From Octopus sinensis (taxonomy: Eukaryota): a stretch of 64,000 nt of DNA. Of this stretch, positions 40,776 through 53,126 are shown piece after piece; position 1 is the first letter of the stretch; each line of letters opens with the position of its first letter. The position numbers and the translations under genes are program-made. The stretch is from the NCBI RefSeq assembly GCF_006345805.1, contig NC_043004.1, positions 45,880,001 through 45,944,000 on the forward strand, in the 5' to 3' direction. A model generated the notes under the pieces. It did no database searches and was not told the origin of the DNA. It saw only the letters and a list, made by a program, of their open reading frames with translations.

Positions 40776-41232
40776 TATAGGGAGATATTTGTCTCTTTCG
40801 CCTGTGAGTAAAAGCAGAAATTACCGAGGAATGTAACTTTCAAAGAAAATATATGCAATGTAAAAGAGATAAAATGCGGTCTGAAAGCTCAATGGTGTGC
40901 AGTTGGCTTTGAGTAGTGCAGTAAGCAAAAGTTGACAGTTTTAAAAAACTCAACACAAACATTACTCCATTTCTACTCAACTCTTTGAATTTTAATTTGT
41001 ATACAGTATCAGGATGATCTGGCACGGCGTCCTCTACAAAGAAGTAACTCTGCCAGCTTATTAAAAACCAAATGATCGTACTCATCATAACTAAATGCTG
41101 TTACCCATCATAGTACAATAACTCATTTCTCTGAGCTATGACTTGTATTTCTATTAAGATCGAAATATCGCTTTGAACTTCTACTTTCTTAAAATACAGA
41201 AAATTTCCATTGCTACCTTCCATATTTAATTT

Positions 41233-41380
41233 CTTCTCCTTCTTCTAACAGCATTCACCCGGGGTGGGTTGAGCTGGTTTCATTCATCCTCAATGCTACA
41301 TCTCTCACAAACGCCGACCAGGCCTGGCGATTCGATGCTACGGACCGGAGATCCCCAACCACTCCTTATTCCAGCGGAAT
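41233..41380 (-). mobile_element. Short 3' end of an RTE-like LINE
   Basis: Minus strand encodes DLRSVASNRQAWSAFVRDV...HPG* followed by a (GAA)n-like tail. It is flanked by ~57-bp imperfect direct repeats. Confidence 0.6.
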
Positions 41381-44300
41381 AACTTCTAATTTCTTAAAAT
41401 ACAGAATCTTTCCATTGCTACCTACCTCATTTAATTTGCATCCAGGTGTCTTACAAATCCTTTCTCTGGTTTCCTTTTATAATTTTTAGAAATTTTGTCT
41501 CTTTATTTCCTTCCCGTATTATGATACGAACTACTTCATAAACTTTTTCAGCTTTTTTATCATTTCACCCGGTGTCTCCAAGTTTCTTGTAACCTTGAAC
41601 GTGAAATCCCTTATAATGACGATTTATCTGATATAAAATATTTATTAAACCGTCACTCTTACTGTAACAGAGCTCTACTAACATCTTCCACCAAGCCGAA
41701 CCATCCTTGCTTACTTGATTCACCGTCTCAGATGATTTTTATCCGTAAATAAATGTGGTAATATGTCTACTAAGATGGGCCCTATCTGCGGTAACATCTC
41801 TGGAGACCATACTGTGTTCCAAATTTTCTCCTGATTAATTGGTGCTACCGAAATTTTGCTCGGTCATTATGTTAACAAATGCCTCGTTGCCAACTATTTT
41901 TCTTCAGGAATAATCTAAACTGCGTCATCTACAAAACTTCTTTGCATTACATCCGGCATTTCTGTTATTTCTTGATATCGATAATATTTACTTGACCAAT
42001 TCTCTGTAATATTAACCTGATAGCTATTCTTATCTCAGTTTTTCTATTATCCCACAGCAAATCTCATCGCCTTCTCCCAATCACACCCATCACCTCTGAC
42101 TGTACAGCAAGGTCTCCAAATTCAATTGTAAACAGAATTAGCTTCATTGCGTTTCTCATTCAATAACAACATTATGCCATTCCTCTGATAATGAACAAAT
42201 AGCATTCTATCACACTGTATGCTTCACCCCAAAATTACCCGAGGCACTTGCAACTAATCGCAGCCATTATGTATTAGTAATGATTCGAGGTTGATTACAT
42301 TTTATGGAAGATGAAGTTCATATATTCCTCTACCAAGCTGATGATCGACCGAGATATGCAAACTTTTGATCGGAATAAAATTAATTTTTTCTCTTACCAA
42401 GTTTGAATTTAAGGATTGGGGACAACTAATTCTAGTTTTAGTTTTGCAATGATTCGATGCACTGATGGACAAATTGAAACCGTTTCAAGTTCATAATTTG
42501 TTTAGAGTAAATATAATGAGCTGCCAGACTCGCATATAGTTGAATTAGAAAATGGTGCACTGAGATATCCATTATAGCGATTCGTGAACAGAATGCTACA
42601 TGTGAGAAACATGTTGTTTCAAAATATTTTATGTTATTAATGTGACCTGACTTTTTGATTTTTAACATGAAAAATTTCTCTGCAGCATTAGTCAGTATGA
42701 TTACAAACACATAATAGTACATTCACTTTTGAAGGCAATCCGCATAATTAGTTTTATTCTGAAGTAGACATAAACGTAGGCGCACATCAGTATATGTAGT
42801 TGCATAGAACTGTATTCTTATTACATCAAGGAAAAAAAAAGAAAACAAGAAAAAAGATGTAGTGTTAAAATCATTAGACAGCTAGACTAAACACCTAGTT
42901 TTAGATTATTTAGCTTTAGTTTTCTCTCTTCTTAGCATAATAGTGTTTGTGGTGGCGAGATGTCGTTTTTACTCGTCCAAACAATGAGACATAATTATGG
43001 ATGTTTCAGTGGACAACATTCACAATCCATACACATTTACGGCTTGCTGCAAATGTGGAGAAAAAAAAAAGAAAATAAGAATATAAATTATGTATCTGAC
43101 AAATAATACCTTCTCCATAAATAATTGAACATAAAAAGGATTGCTATATTTGATTCAGACAATACTTTACATATAATATTCAATTTTATGCACCACTTTT
43201 CATTATTTGAGATACTATGTGAAGTCGAAGAAAGCGTTTAATTTGGCTTCATTTTATGGCTACTGGCCTAAGTTCATATACTGTATACTTAACTTGCTAT
43301 GCCTTTAAGTGATGCCAAAAATCTAAATTCCATATCTGCATCATAACCATTGGAAACTTCTATTAATACCGCCATGAAAATCTGTCGCTTTTATAGTTTT
43401 GCATTTTTATGCTAGCAATCCATTTATTAAGAGATAAATTTAGTTATACACCGAGCAAAAGAGAAGGATTACAAAAGTCAAGTGAGATGGGGAGAGAGAA
43501 GTGGAGACGGAAAGAAGGAAAGAGGAAGTTGAAGATGGATAGATGGAAAGAGAAAGCGACAGAGAAAACTAATATTAATTCTGTTGATGAAATAAATAGA
43601 TTAAAAGGACTGAAGGAAAATTAAAACCTGAATAAAATAAAGCCTGAATCACTTTCTAATAAATTGTTTGAATGAGGGTCCATGTTTTTAATTGTCTTGA
43701 TCAGGCCAAATTCGGATGTTTCAAATTAATATCCTGTTTTCAGATAAAAAAAAAAGTTAATATTCTGTTTTGGCCTGACTAATGACGTTTAGTGTTAGAA
43801 TATGTGAACTTGGGTGGGAAAGCAAGATGGCTGAGAAGAAAAAAAAATAGAGCTTCGGTTTGCGAAAATGGAAATCAAAAAGAAAACAAGATTATTCGAA
43901 ATGAAGATGTATTAAAAATAATGATTATGCAGCAAATCATCCTGAAAACGAAAATAAAAAATAAAAAATACAACAACGGTAAATTAAAAAGTACAGATTC
44001 GTTGAGGGAACAATCGAGAACTTTCAAACACCTTAAATGCAAATGGCCTCCAGCTTCATTAATGCTGTATTACAGAGAATGGTTTTGAAATTTGATTATT
44101 ACAGCGAAACTGATTTTAGCGAGAGAGTGAAAGGGGTAGTTTCTTTTGAGGGCATACTACAAATCAATACAGGGAGTGGATTAACGGAATTTAGATTCCC
44201 TTAGGAGATGGTTATTATGCGATCATAATATTTACATAATCGCGCATTTAATGTAAGATTGGTATTAGAGTTCGGCTAATGGAATTATTGTTAGCGAGTG

Positions 44301-45229
44301 AACTAAGAGCTTAAACTATTACTTTAAATCAATCACCAATCTAACATTTAAAAACCGCCTAAACATTGATGATGAAATTCTCTTAAATTCTTTCTAGATG
44401 TTAATCTGCTAAAGCGTTATTTTTCGCCATGAACATACGATAAAATGGTACATGTTACACATGGTTTAATCTTGTTATCACTAAACGTAATAACAGGTTT
44501 TGAAATACAAATTAGTAACTAAACTAACGCAACCTATTATATTTCACAGAATAACATATCTAGAGATGAATAATTCTCTGAGATATCGGTATTTTTTCTC
44601 CAAGAACATTGATAGTGGCTTCTACTTTAGGTAAATGGCCAGTATTTTTAGATGAGGAAGCAAGTCGATTACTTCGACTCCCCTACTTGACTATTACATT
44701 ATTTTATCGACACCGAAAGAATGAAAGGCAAAGATGGCCTTGGTTGGATTAAAGCATAAATAGGAAAGGGACATAAACCTCGCAAATGCATTTAACTCAA
44801 TGTTGTAATAATTCTGCCAGCTCACCGCTTCTAATTGTTTCTAATTTTGCCCGAACAATATCCAACATTTTTGAGCAGAGCTACTTAGTTGATACCATCT
44901 GGTCCTGTACATGACTGGTACTTTATGCTACCGAGCAGGAGGGTTGAAAGGCACAGTTGTCTTCGGTGGAATTGGGTGGATTCATTACGTAAAGAGCCGG
45001 ACGAAATACTGCAAGGACTGTCTTTCGACAATTTATAATCTACAAATCCAGTACCATTAACAATATCAATGCTATTCGAATTCACTTGAAATTCTTATCC
45101 GCGTTGCTATTTCGACTAACAAGAGATTCAGATACCCATCGTCACTAAAGAATTTAATAATGTGTAATAGGTAAACTTCCGCTTCGGAGCTGTAATAATA
45201 TTTTTACTATTAAAGGACATTCTGTGTTC

Positions 45230-45700
45230 AAATAACGCTGACGTCGACTTTGCCTTTCATCCTCTGCTAAATAATTACTAGGTGTACATTTGGATCGATG
45301 TAATCGATTTTATCCTCACTTCAGAATTGTTGGCTTCGAGCCAAAAGTTAAAAAGAAACAATTATTACAGAAGGCCACAAGGCAGTGAGCCAGCAGAATC
45401 GTTAGAGCATTGGGAAAATGCTCAGTAGCAATATTTCCGGTTCTTTGGATTTCATTCATTCGGTGTCAGTAAAACAAAAAATCCAGTTGCGCACCTGGTT
45501 CAGTGGACTCGACTAACGTCCTCCCCTAAAACATGCAGGCATCGTACCGAAATTTGAAATAGATTATGACAAAAAGCCATGAGATGCTATCCAGTATTTG
45601 TTCTGAAACTTTACCGTCTGAGTTCAAATCTTGCTGAGGTTAACTTCGGGGTCGACGAAAGAATACCTGCCAAGTACTGAAGTCCATGGCATCGGCTAAC
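45230..45700 (+). mobile_element. Scrambled, degenerate SINE family D fragments
   Basis: gtcgactttgcctttcatcc, gcagaatcgttagagc and gagttcaaatcttgctgaggt. Confidence 0.5.
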
Positions 45701-46933
45701 CCACTTCTCTTCCCTCAACAATGATGCAAGTCCCATGTTTTCTGAGAAACGGGGTAGTTGTAGATTTACGTTCCAGTAGTTTACTGTTATTTACTTTATT
45801 GATCTTGGAATGATTAATTGGAAAATTAACTACAACCTTATTTGAATCCGTGGCGTCAGATAACGTAGTATTGTAAAGATTTTAGTTTGGTTTTCTATAG
45901 TTTTTACATCTAGAGCAGTTACAACTAAAACACTACATACAGAATGAGATTACAAAGGCAGAATACATCCAACGAATCTACATTCAAATCTATTATTATG
46001 CAGAGTATCTTATGGCGAGAGCACAGATGAAATTGCATTCGTTATTTTACACTAGAATGGGTTTGTGTTTGCCTCATTTTATTTCTTAGAAAGACTTGAA
46101 ATCAGTACTATCAATTAAGGTGACTTTCATTAATCATTATTAGCTTTCTCGTTTCACAGAGTTCTCAATTCAATACCGTAAGTATATCGACCTAGGTATG
46201 CTTAATCGATTTTTTTGGTCATGATGTTAATTTTAGTAGTGGCATAAATACAGATATTTTACCTGGAAATGGCAGTTTCTATTAAAAATGTCATTACATA
46301 TTAAATAACGGTCAGATGTAGATCGTTATAGATTGGTTATTACTACAGAAACACGGATTTGCCTACAAAGAGTGTATCGAAAATACGTGTGCAGTGTTTT
46401 TCAACTATCCATACGTTTCTAGAACCCAGAATTCAAACGAAGAAGATTTCTATATAGTCACAAGACCGGCAAGGAAGAGCTCTTAAATTTTCCACAAACA
46501 ATACGCTGAATAAACATTTCAAGGCTAGAGGAGAGTAAACAAAATCATTAGGTAATATAGTTTATTCGATAAAGGCCGAGTTAGGGTTAAACGGTAACAA
46601 TAATCAGAATTACAAGTGAAAGGAAGAACAGATAAAGTAAATCAAACACACTATTCATCAGATGCGTGCTGAGTGATGTATAGCAGTTAAATTGAAGAGA
46701 TATATGATGTGTGGAGCTTTTTACGAATGAGGATTTGGAAAGATGGGGCCTAAGATCTCCAAATATGTTGCCTTAACTAGATTAATATTAAAAAGTATAC
46801 ATAATAATTATTGAAATTAGCTTAAATGAATTATCGGCAAATGACATCCATTATTATCCAAATGAATACAGAGTATTTCTACTACTCTTCCTCATCATAA
46901 ACAGCATACACACAAACACACACACGTACACAC

Positions 46934-46969
<36 letters not shown>

Positions 46970-47033
46970 ACACACACACACAACACACACACACACACAC
47001 ACACATACACACACACACATATATATATATATA

Positions 47034-47372
47034 GTGAAGGCGCATGGCTCAGTGGTTAGAGCGTCGAGCTTACAATCGTGAGGTTGTGAGTTGGAATGCC
47101 CGCTCCGGGCTGCGTGTTGTGTTCTTGAGCAAGACACTTTATTTCACGTTGCCCCAGTTAACTCAGCTGTAGAAATGAGTTGCGACGTCACAAGTGCCAA
47201 ACTGTATCGGCTTTTGCCTTTCTCTTGGATAACACTGGTGACGTGGAGAGGGAAAGCTGGTATGCATAGGCAACTGCTGGCCTTCTACAAAACAATCTTG
47301 CCCGGACTTGTGCTTAGGAGGGTAACCATCTAGGTGAAAAATCCCCTGCTCAGTCATGACCGAAGGGGGTCT
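47034..47372 (+). mobile_element. tRNA-derived SINE (family C)
   Basis: A-box-like tggctcagtggttagagc. Core ttgtgttcttgagcaagacactttatttcacgttgc. Confidence 0.85.
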
Positions 47373-47429
<57 letters not shown>

Positions 47430-47658
47430 ATAATTAATCAATATAGGGTGGCAAAAAACATTTTGTAGAATTTTTTTGCCACCAGCGGCCTAGTGGGAAA
47501 AAATTAAATAGTCATAGACCATTTATAAGTTCAACATCACAATCAAGGAACGGCCATAATAGGCCATTCACCCACTAGAAATAACAGCCAAAGCTTCAAC
47601 CGCAAAATAACATTAATTCCGCAAACAGGAGAAAATTGAAAAAAACATTTACCCTGTA

Positions 47659-47765
47659 ATTTCTTATACGATGCACCGTTTCATCTATAGTTTAATGGTA
47701 AACTAACCTGATTAAATTAAATCAAGCCAATCTTCCATAGGCCCTTAGATTCGTCAGTAAGAAAT
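47659..47765 (-). ncRNA. Type I hammerhead ribozyme (array copy 1)
   Basis: Reverse complement of the motif described at 48778-48884. Confidence 0.85.
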
Positions 47766-48147
47766 AGCCAGATCGGAACAGATATTTTCACGAGGCACTT
47801 CTGTCCCTGCCTCGGCAATATCTGACCTAAAATTTTCAAATCATCGCACTCGCGCCAAATTTATCGGCAGCAATAAATATAAGCCGCCGATTCCATTACG
47901 GAATCAACCAGAAAATCATAATTAATCAATATAGGGTGGCAAAAAAAATTTTGTAGAATTTTTTTGCCACCAGCGGCCTAGTGGGAAAAAATTAAATAGT
48001 CATAGACCATTTGTAAGTTCAACATCACAATCAAGGAACGGCCATAATAGGCCATTCACCCACTAGAAATAACAGCCAAAGCTTCAACCGCAAAATAACA
48101 TTAATTCCGCAAACCAGGAGAAAATTGAAAAAAACATTTACCCTGTA

Positions 48148-48254
48148 ATTTCTTATACGATGCACCGTTTCATCTATAGTTTAATGGTACACTAACCTGA
48201 TTAAATTAAATCAAGCCAATCTTCCATAGGCCCTTAGATTCGTCAGTAAGAAAT
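48148..48254 (-). ncRNA. Type I hammerhead ribozyme (array copy 2)
   Basis: Reverse complement of the motif described at 48778-48884. Confidence 0.85.
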
Positions 48255-48777
48255 AGCCAGATCGGAACAGATATTTTCACGAGGCACTTCTGTCCCTGCC
48301 TCGGCAATATCTGACCTAAAATTTTCAAATCATCGCACTCGCGCCAAATTTATCGGCAGCAAATAAATATAAGCCGCCGATTCCATTACGGAATCAACCA
48401 GAAAATTCATAATTAATCAATATAGGGTGGCAAAAAAAAAAATTTTGTAGAATTTTTTTGCCACCAGCGGCCTAGTGGGGAAAATTAAATAGTCATAGAC
48501 CATTTATAAGTTCAACATCACAATCAAGGAACGGCCAGATATTTTCACGAGGCACTTCTGTCCCTGCCTCGGCAATATCTGACCTAAAATTTTCAAATCA
48601 TCGCACTTGCGCCAAATTTATCGGCAGCAAATAAATATAAGCCGCGATTCCATTAAAGAATCAACCAGAAAATTCATAATTAATCAATCGCGAGTGCGAT
48701 GATTTGAAAATTTTAGGTCAGATATTGCCGAGGCAGGGACAGAAGTGCCTCGTGAAAATATCTGTTCCGATCTGGCT

Positions 48778-48884
48778 ATTTCTTACTGACGAATCTAAGG
48801 GCCTATGGAAGATTGGCTTGATTTAATTTAATCAGGTTAGTTTACCATTAAACTATAGATGAAACGGTGCATCGTATAAGAAAT
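48778..48884 (+). ncRNA. Type I hammerhead ribozyme (array copy 3)
   Basis: Stem I atttctta/taagaaat (8 bp perfect); CTGACGA at 48786-48792; stem II atcta/tagat; GAAA at 48861-48864; stem III cggtgcatcg; GUA triplet with predicted cut after 48876. Confidence 0.88.
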
Positions 48885-49270
48885 TACAGGGTAAATGTTT
48901 TTTTTAATTTTCTCCTGGTTTGCGGAATGAATGTTATTTTGCGGTTGAAGCTTTGGCTGTTATTTCTAGTGGGTGAATGGCCTATTATGGCCGTTCCTTG
49001 CTTGTGATGTTGAACTTATAAATGGTCTATGACTATTTAATTTTTTCCCACTAGGCCGCTGGTGGCAAAAAAAATTCTACAAAATTTTTTTTTGCCACCC
49101 TATATTGATTAATTATGAATTTTCTGGTTGATTCCGTAATGGAATCGGCGGCTTATATTTATTTGCTGCCGATAAATTTGGCGCGAGTGCGATGATTTGA
49201 AAATTTTAGGTCAGATATTGCCGAGGCAGGGACAGAAGTGCCTCGTGAAAATATCTGTTCCGATCTGGCT

Positions 49271-49377
49271 ATTTCTTACTGACGAATCTAAGGGCCTACG
49301 GAAGATTGGCTTGATTTAATTTAATCAGGTTAGTTTACCATTAAACTATAGATGAAACGGTGCATCGTATAAGAAAT
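49271..49377 (+). ncRNA. Type I hammerhead ribozyme (array copy 4)
   Basis: Same motif; predicted cut after 49369. Confidence 0.88.
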
Positions 49378-49759
49378 TACAGGGTAAATGTTTTTTTAAT
49401 TTTCTCCTGGTTTGCGGAATTAATGTTATTTTGCGGTTGAAGCTTTGGCTGTTATTTCTAGTGGGTGAATGGCCTATTATGGCCGTTCCTTGATTGTGAT
49501 GTTGAACTTATAAATGGTCTATGACTATTTAATTTTTTGCCACTAGGCCGCTGGTGGCAAAAAAATTCTACAAAATTTTTTTGCCACCCTATATTGATTA
49601 ATTATGAATTTTCTGGTTGATTCCGTAATGGAATCGGCGGCTTATATTTATTTGCTGCCGATAAATTTGGCGCGAGTGCGATGATTTGAAAATTTTAGGT
49701 CAGATATTGCCGAGGCAGGGACAGAAGTGCCTCGTGAAAATATCTGTTCCGATCTGGCT

Positions 49760-49866
49760 ATTTCTTACTGACGAATCTAAGGGCCTATGGAAGATTGGCT
49801 TGATTTAATTTAATCAGGTTAGTTTACCATTAAACTATAGATGAAACGGTGCATCGTATAAGAAAT
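49760..49866 (+). ncRNA. Type I hammerhead ribozyme (array copy 5)
   Basis: Same motif; predicted cut after 49858. Confidence 0.88.
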
Positions 49867-49983
49867 TACAGGGTAATGTTTTTTTAATTTTCTCCTGGTT
49901 TGCGGAATTAATGTTATTTTGCGGTTGAAGCTTTGGCTGTTATTTCTAGTGGGTGAATGGCCTATTATGGCCGTTCCTTGATT

Positions 49984-50033
<50 letters not shown>

Positions 50034-50103
50034 TATGTGTGTGTGTATGTGCATACACATACAATTATACAATAATATCTCATGATAATATATATATTTG
50101 GTT

Positions 50104-50143
<40 letters not shown>

Positions 50144-50146
<3 letters not shown>

Positions 50147-51398
50147 AGTCATCCCATAAATTATGCAGATATTTTAATACTTTTATTTTTCAAAATTAAG
50201 ATAAACAAAGTTGTTTTTCAATCTAAAATATATTCTCCTTCATTTTCTACGATTTTCTTTCATCTTCCTGATAGACATGCCAGGCCCCTCTACCAAAGTT
50301 CACTTGTCCATAAAGTAAAATACTTATCCAGTACCGTTCTGATCTCGTCTGCAGAACTCCTATTTTTTTCTGTCCAAATGATTTTGAAGACTGGAATAAA
50401 GACTGTGGAATACATGATAATCAGATGGGGCAATGTCCGGCGAGTATGGTGGGTGGGGCATCGATTCCCATTCAAACTGCACCAGCCTTTGGAATGTCAT
50501 TCTTGCTGTATATGGCCAAGCATTATCCTGATGGAAGAACACATTTAATTTTAAAAACAAAGATAGTCGTTTTTCTTCTAGCACTGACTTAAGACGCTCA
50601 AGCTGCCCGCAGTAGATCTGCTTCGTTATCGTTTGGCTTGGTTTTGAAAGTTCAGAGTATATTAAACATCTCTTATCCCACCCAAAAGATAATAGCACCT
50701 TACGTGGCTGAAGACTTTTCTTAACCTGCGCTACGGATGTTTCTCCTTTCCCTACGCAGTCTTCGGCGGTTATCACTTTTATAGAGAACCCATTTCTCGT
50801 CACCAGTTACTATTCGGTCTAAAATGGGTTCATTCGTGAGACGTGAGAGCAAAGAAGAGCACACATTCACTGTCTGCGTGCGATTAGACTCGGAAAGTTT
50901 GTGAGAAACCCATTGACCCAATTTGACGACTTTTATGAGGGCACGAAGGTTGAATGACTAAATTCAAGCTTCGCTGCTAGTTTCTCAAAAGTTACGATGG
51001 GAATTTCTTCCACCAAGGATTGCAGGACGTCCTAGTCGAGTTCTATATATCTTCCAGGACGAGGCTCATCTTCTAGCTTGTAGTTAACGGCTCGGAATTT
51101 CTGGAACCACTGTTGACCCTGGCTTACGCTTATTGTTCGGTCCGCATATACCGCAGTAGTATTCCGCGCACTTTTCGTTGCGTGGTTGCCTTTCTTGAAC
51201 TCAAAGAGTAAAATATGCCGAACCTGCTCCTTCGGCACATTCATTATAGCTTAGAAAAAATAACTTTAAAAAATCGAACTGCACTCTTCAGAACTTACAC
51301 TAAGAATAAGTACAACGTAATATAACTTCCTACTTTTATAGCAAGTTCATGTTGGTAGTTTATCCCTCTTACTCCGCATTATTTATGGTATGATTCAA
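50144..51398 (-). mobile_element. Full-length but decayed mariner transposon (~1255 bp)
   Basis: TIRs TTGAGTCATCCCATAAATTATGCAGA and (reverse complement) TTGAATCATACCATAAATAATGCGGA, 22/26 match, each flanked by TA. Confidence 0.92.
50218..51244 (-). pseudogene. Mariner (DD34D-type) transposase, frameshifted
   Basis: HTH RHILLFEFKKG...WFQKF...EDEPRPGR, WVSHKL, RIVTGDEKWVLY, FHQDNA and HPPYSPDIAPSDYH. Confidence 0.93.
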
Positions 51399-51805
51399 TA
51401 TGTATATATATATATATATATACAAATACACACTTGCATGCTTATCTATGTATGCGTGGCAGTGCGAATGTAAGTATGCATGTACGTGTACATGTGTGTA
51501 TGTGTGCATCTTACTATTCACCCACCGATGTATATAACTATTTCTATATCCTGAAATCTGTGTCACACTTTGTGCATATATTTATATATATATATTCTAT
51601 ATAACGAAAATAAATAGTGTACGCAATACATGGTGTAAATACAATTATATCTATTCGGCTTGTGCTATTTATTCCTACTCAAAGTTTCATGCCTATGGCA
51701 TTCAGCAGGCATCACGATGTTCTATAACTACAAGGTATGAAGCCGACATTTTCATGCTGCAGACTTAACTGCAAACGCCAGTAGTCTAAGATGTATACAA
51801 ATCTA

Positions 51806-51874
<69 letters not shown>

Positions 51875-52384
51875 TATAAGTAATTATTTTCTTGCAGGCG
51901 TTTCAAGTGGAATGTAGAAAATTGATAACGTAGGGCCTCTAGATCTTTGCCAACCACGCACCTTCTCTCTCAACTGCGTTTGGGAACGGATGTGGTGGAG
52001 TTCTATATTTGTACCTATCTATTTATTATGTATCTACGTACGTATACATGTATGCATGTGCGTGCGTGTGTGTGTGTGTGTTTGTGTGTGTGTGTGATAA
52101 CAATTCCGGCAATACTCAATATCCAATACAAACATAACTAGACACACATACATACATGCATGCATATATAAATGTTAATGTATATATGTATATGTGTGTA
52201 TATATATATAAATGTATAAATCTATATATGTATATATATATATATATAATATATATATAGAGAGAGAGAGAGAAGAGAGAGAGGAGAGATGAATAGAGAT
52301 ACATTCACACGTATATATATATATAAATACATACACACACACACGCATATACACACGCACACACACACACACATACACACACAC

Positions 52385-52576
52385 ACATATAACCTCTCCC
52401 TAGACGACTAATAATACGTCTGAGTGAGCTTTGTAAAAGCGAATACCCCTAATCTGCTTTGAGATATAGTCATTTCTTCTATTTTGTTGTAGATATATAT
52501 TTACTATATCTTTGTTATAAGGTTTCTCTTGTTTTTTTACTGTTTTTTCCTCGCGTTTTGTTTTCATGTGTGTTTG

Positions 52577-52621
<45 letters not shown>

Positions 52622-53081
52622 GTGTTTATTTACTTCGCCCTATCTCTCCGATGAATTGATTTTTGTATGTCCTTTAATGTTTAGCAAACATCTAATTAAA
52701 TTTGTCGCTCCAGTGATAGAAATTCTTTTCTCTGTGACCCATCTTTTACTATTTTATGTCAGTATCATTATTGAACTATAGAAATTCTATACGATGTATA
52801 CACAACACATGCGGAGTAACACACGTACATACATAAATATATACATGCATAAATATGTACATACACTATCAGATGCACATACACACACAACATATAACCT
52901 CTCCCTAGACGACTAATAATACGTCTGAGTGAGCTTTGTAAAAGCGAATACCCCTAATCTGCTTTGAGATATAGTCATTTCTTCTATTTTGTTGTAGATA
53001 TATATTTACTATATCTTTGTTATAAGGTTTCTCTTGTTTTTTTACTGTTTTTTCCTCGCGTTTTGTTTTCATGTGTGTTTG

Positions 53082-53126
<45 letters not shown>

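Larger units (their letters stand above)
47430..49988. repeat. ~490-bp tandem repeat array with central inversion; retrozyme-like
   Basis: Units start at 47430, 47918 and 48409 (the third is internally deleted). The inversion junction is at 48688/48689. Opposite-orientation units are 48689-49116, 49117-49605 and 49606-49988. (TA)n lies on both sides. Confidence 0.95.

Noticed and set aside
41500-42330. Possible decayed RT on the minus strand (FVDDA-like motif near 41925)
   Set aside because: A single short motif with many stops; could not be extended convincingly.
47430-49988. CRISPR-like or rDNA/5S interpretation of the tandem array
   Set aside because: Units are ~490 bp and near-identical with no unique spacers. 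There are no cas genes and no rRNA or tRNA motifs.
52414-52450. HHR-like cgtCTGAGTGAgctttgtaaaagcGAAT in the 505-bp duplication
   Set aside because: The core has an extra base, GAAA is GAAT, and I could not form stems I and III with a UH site.
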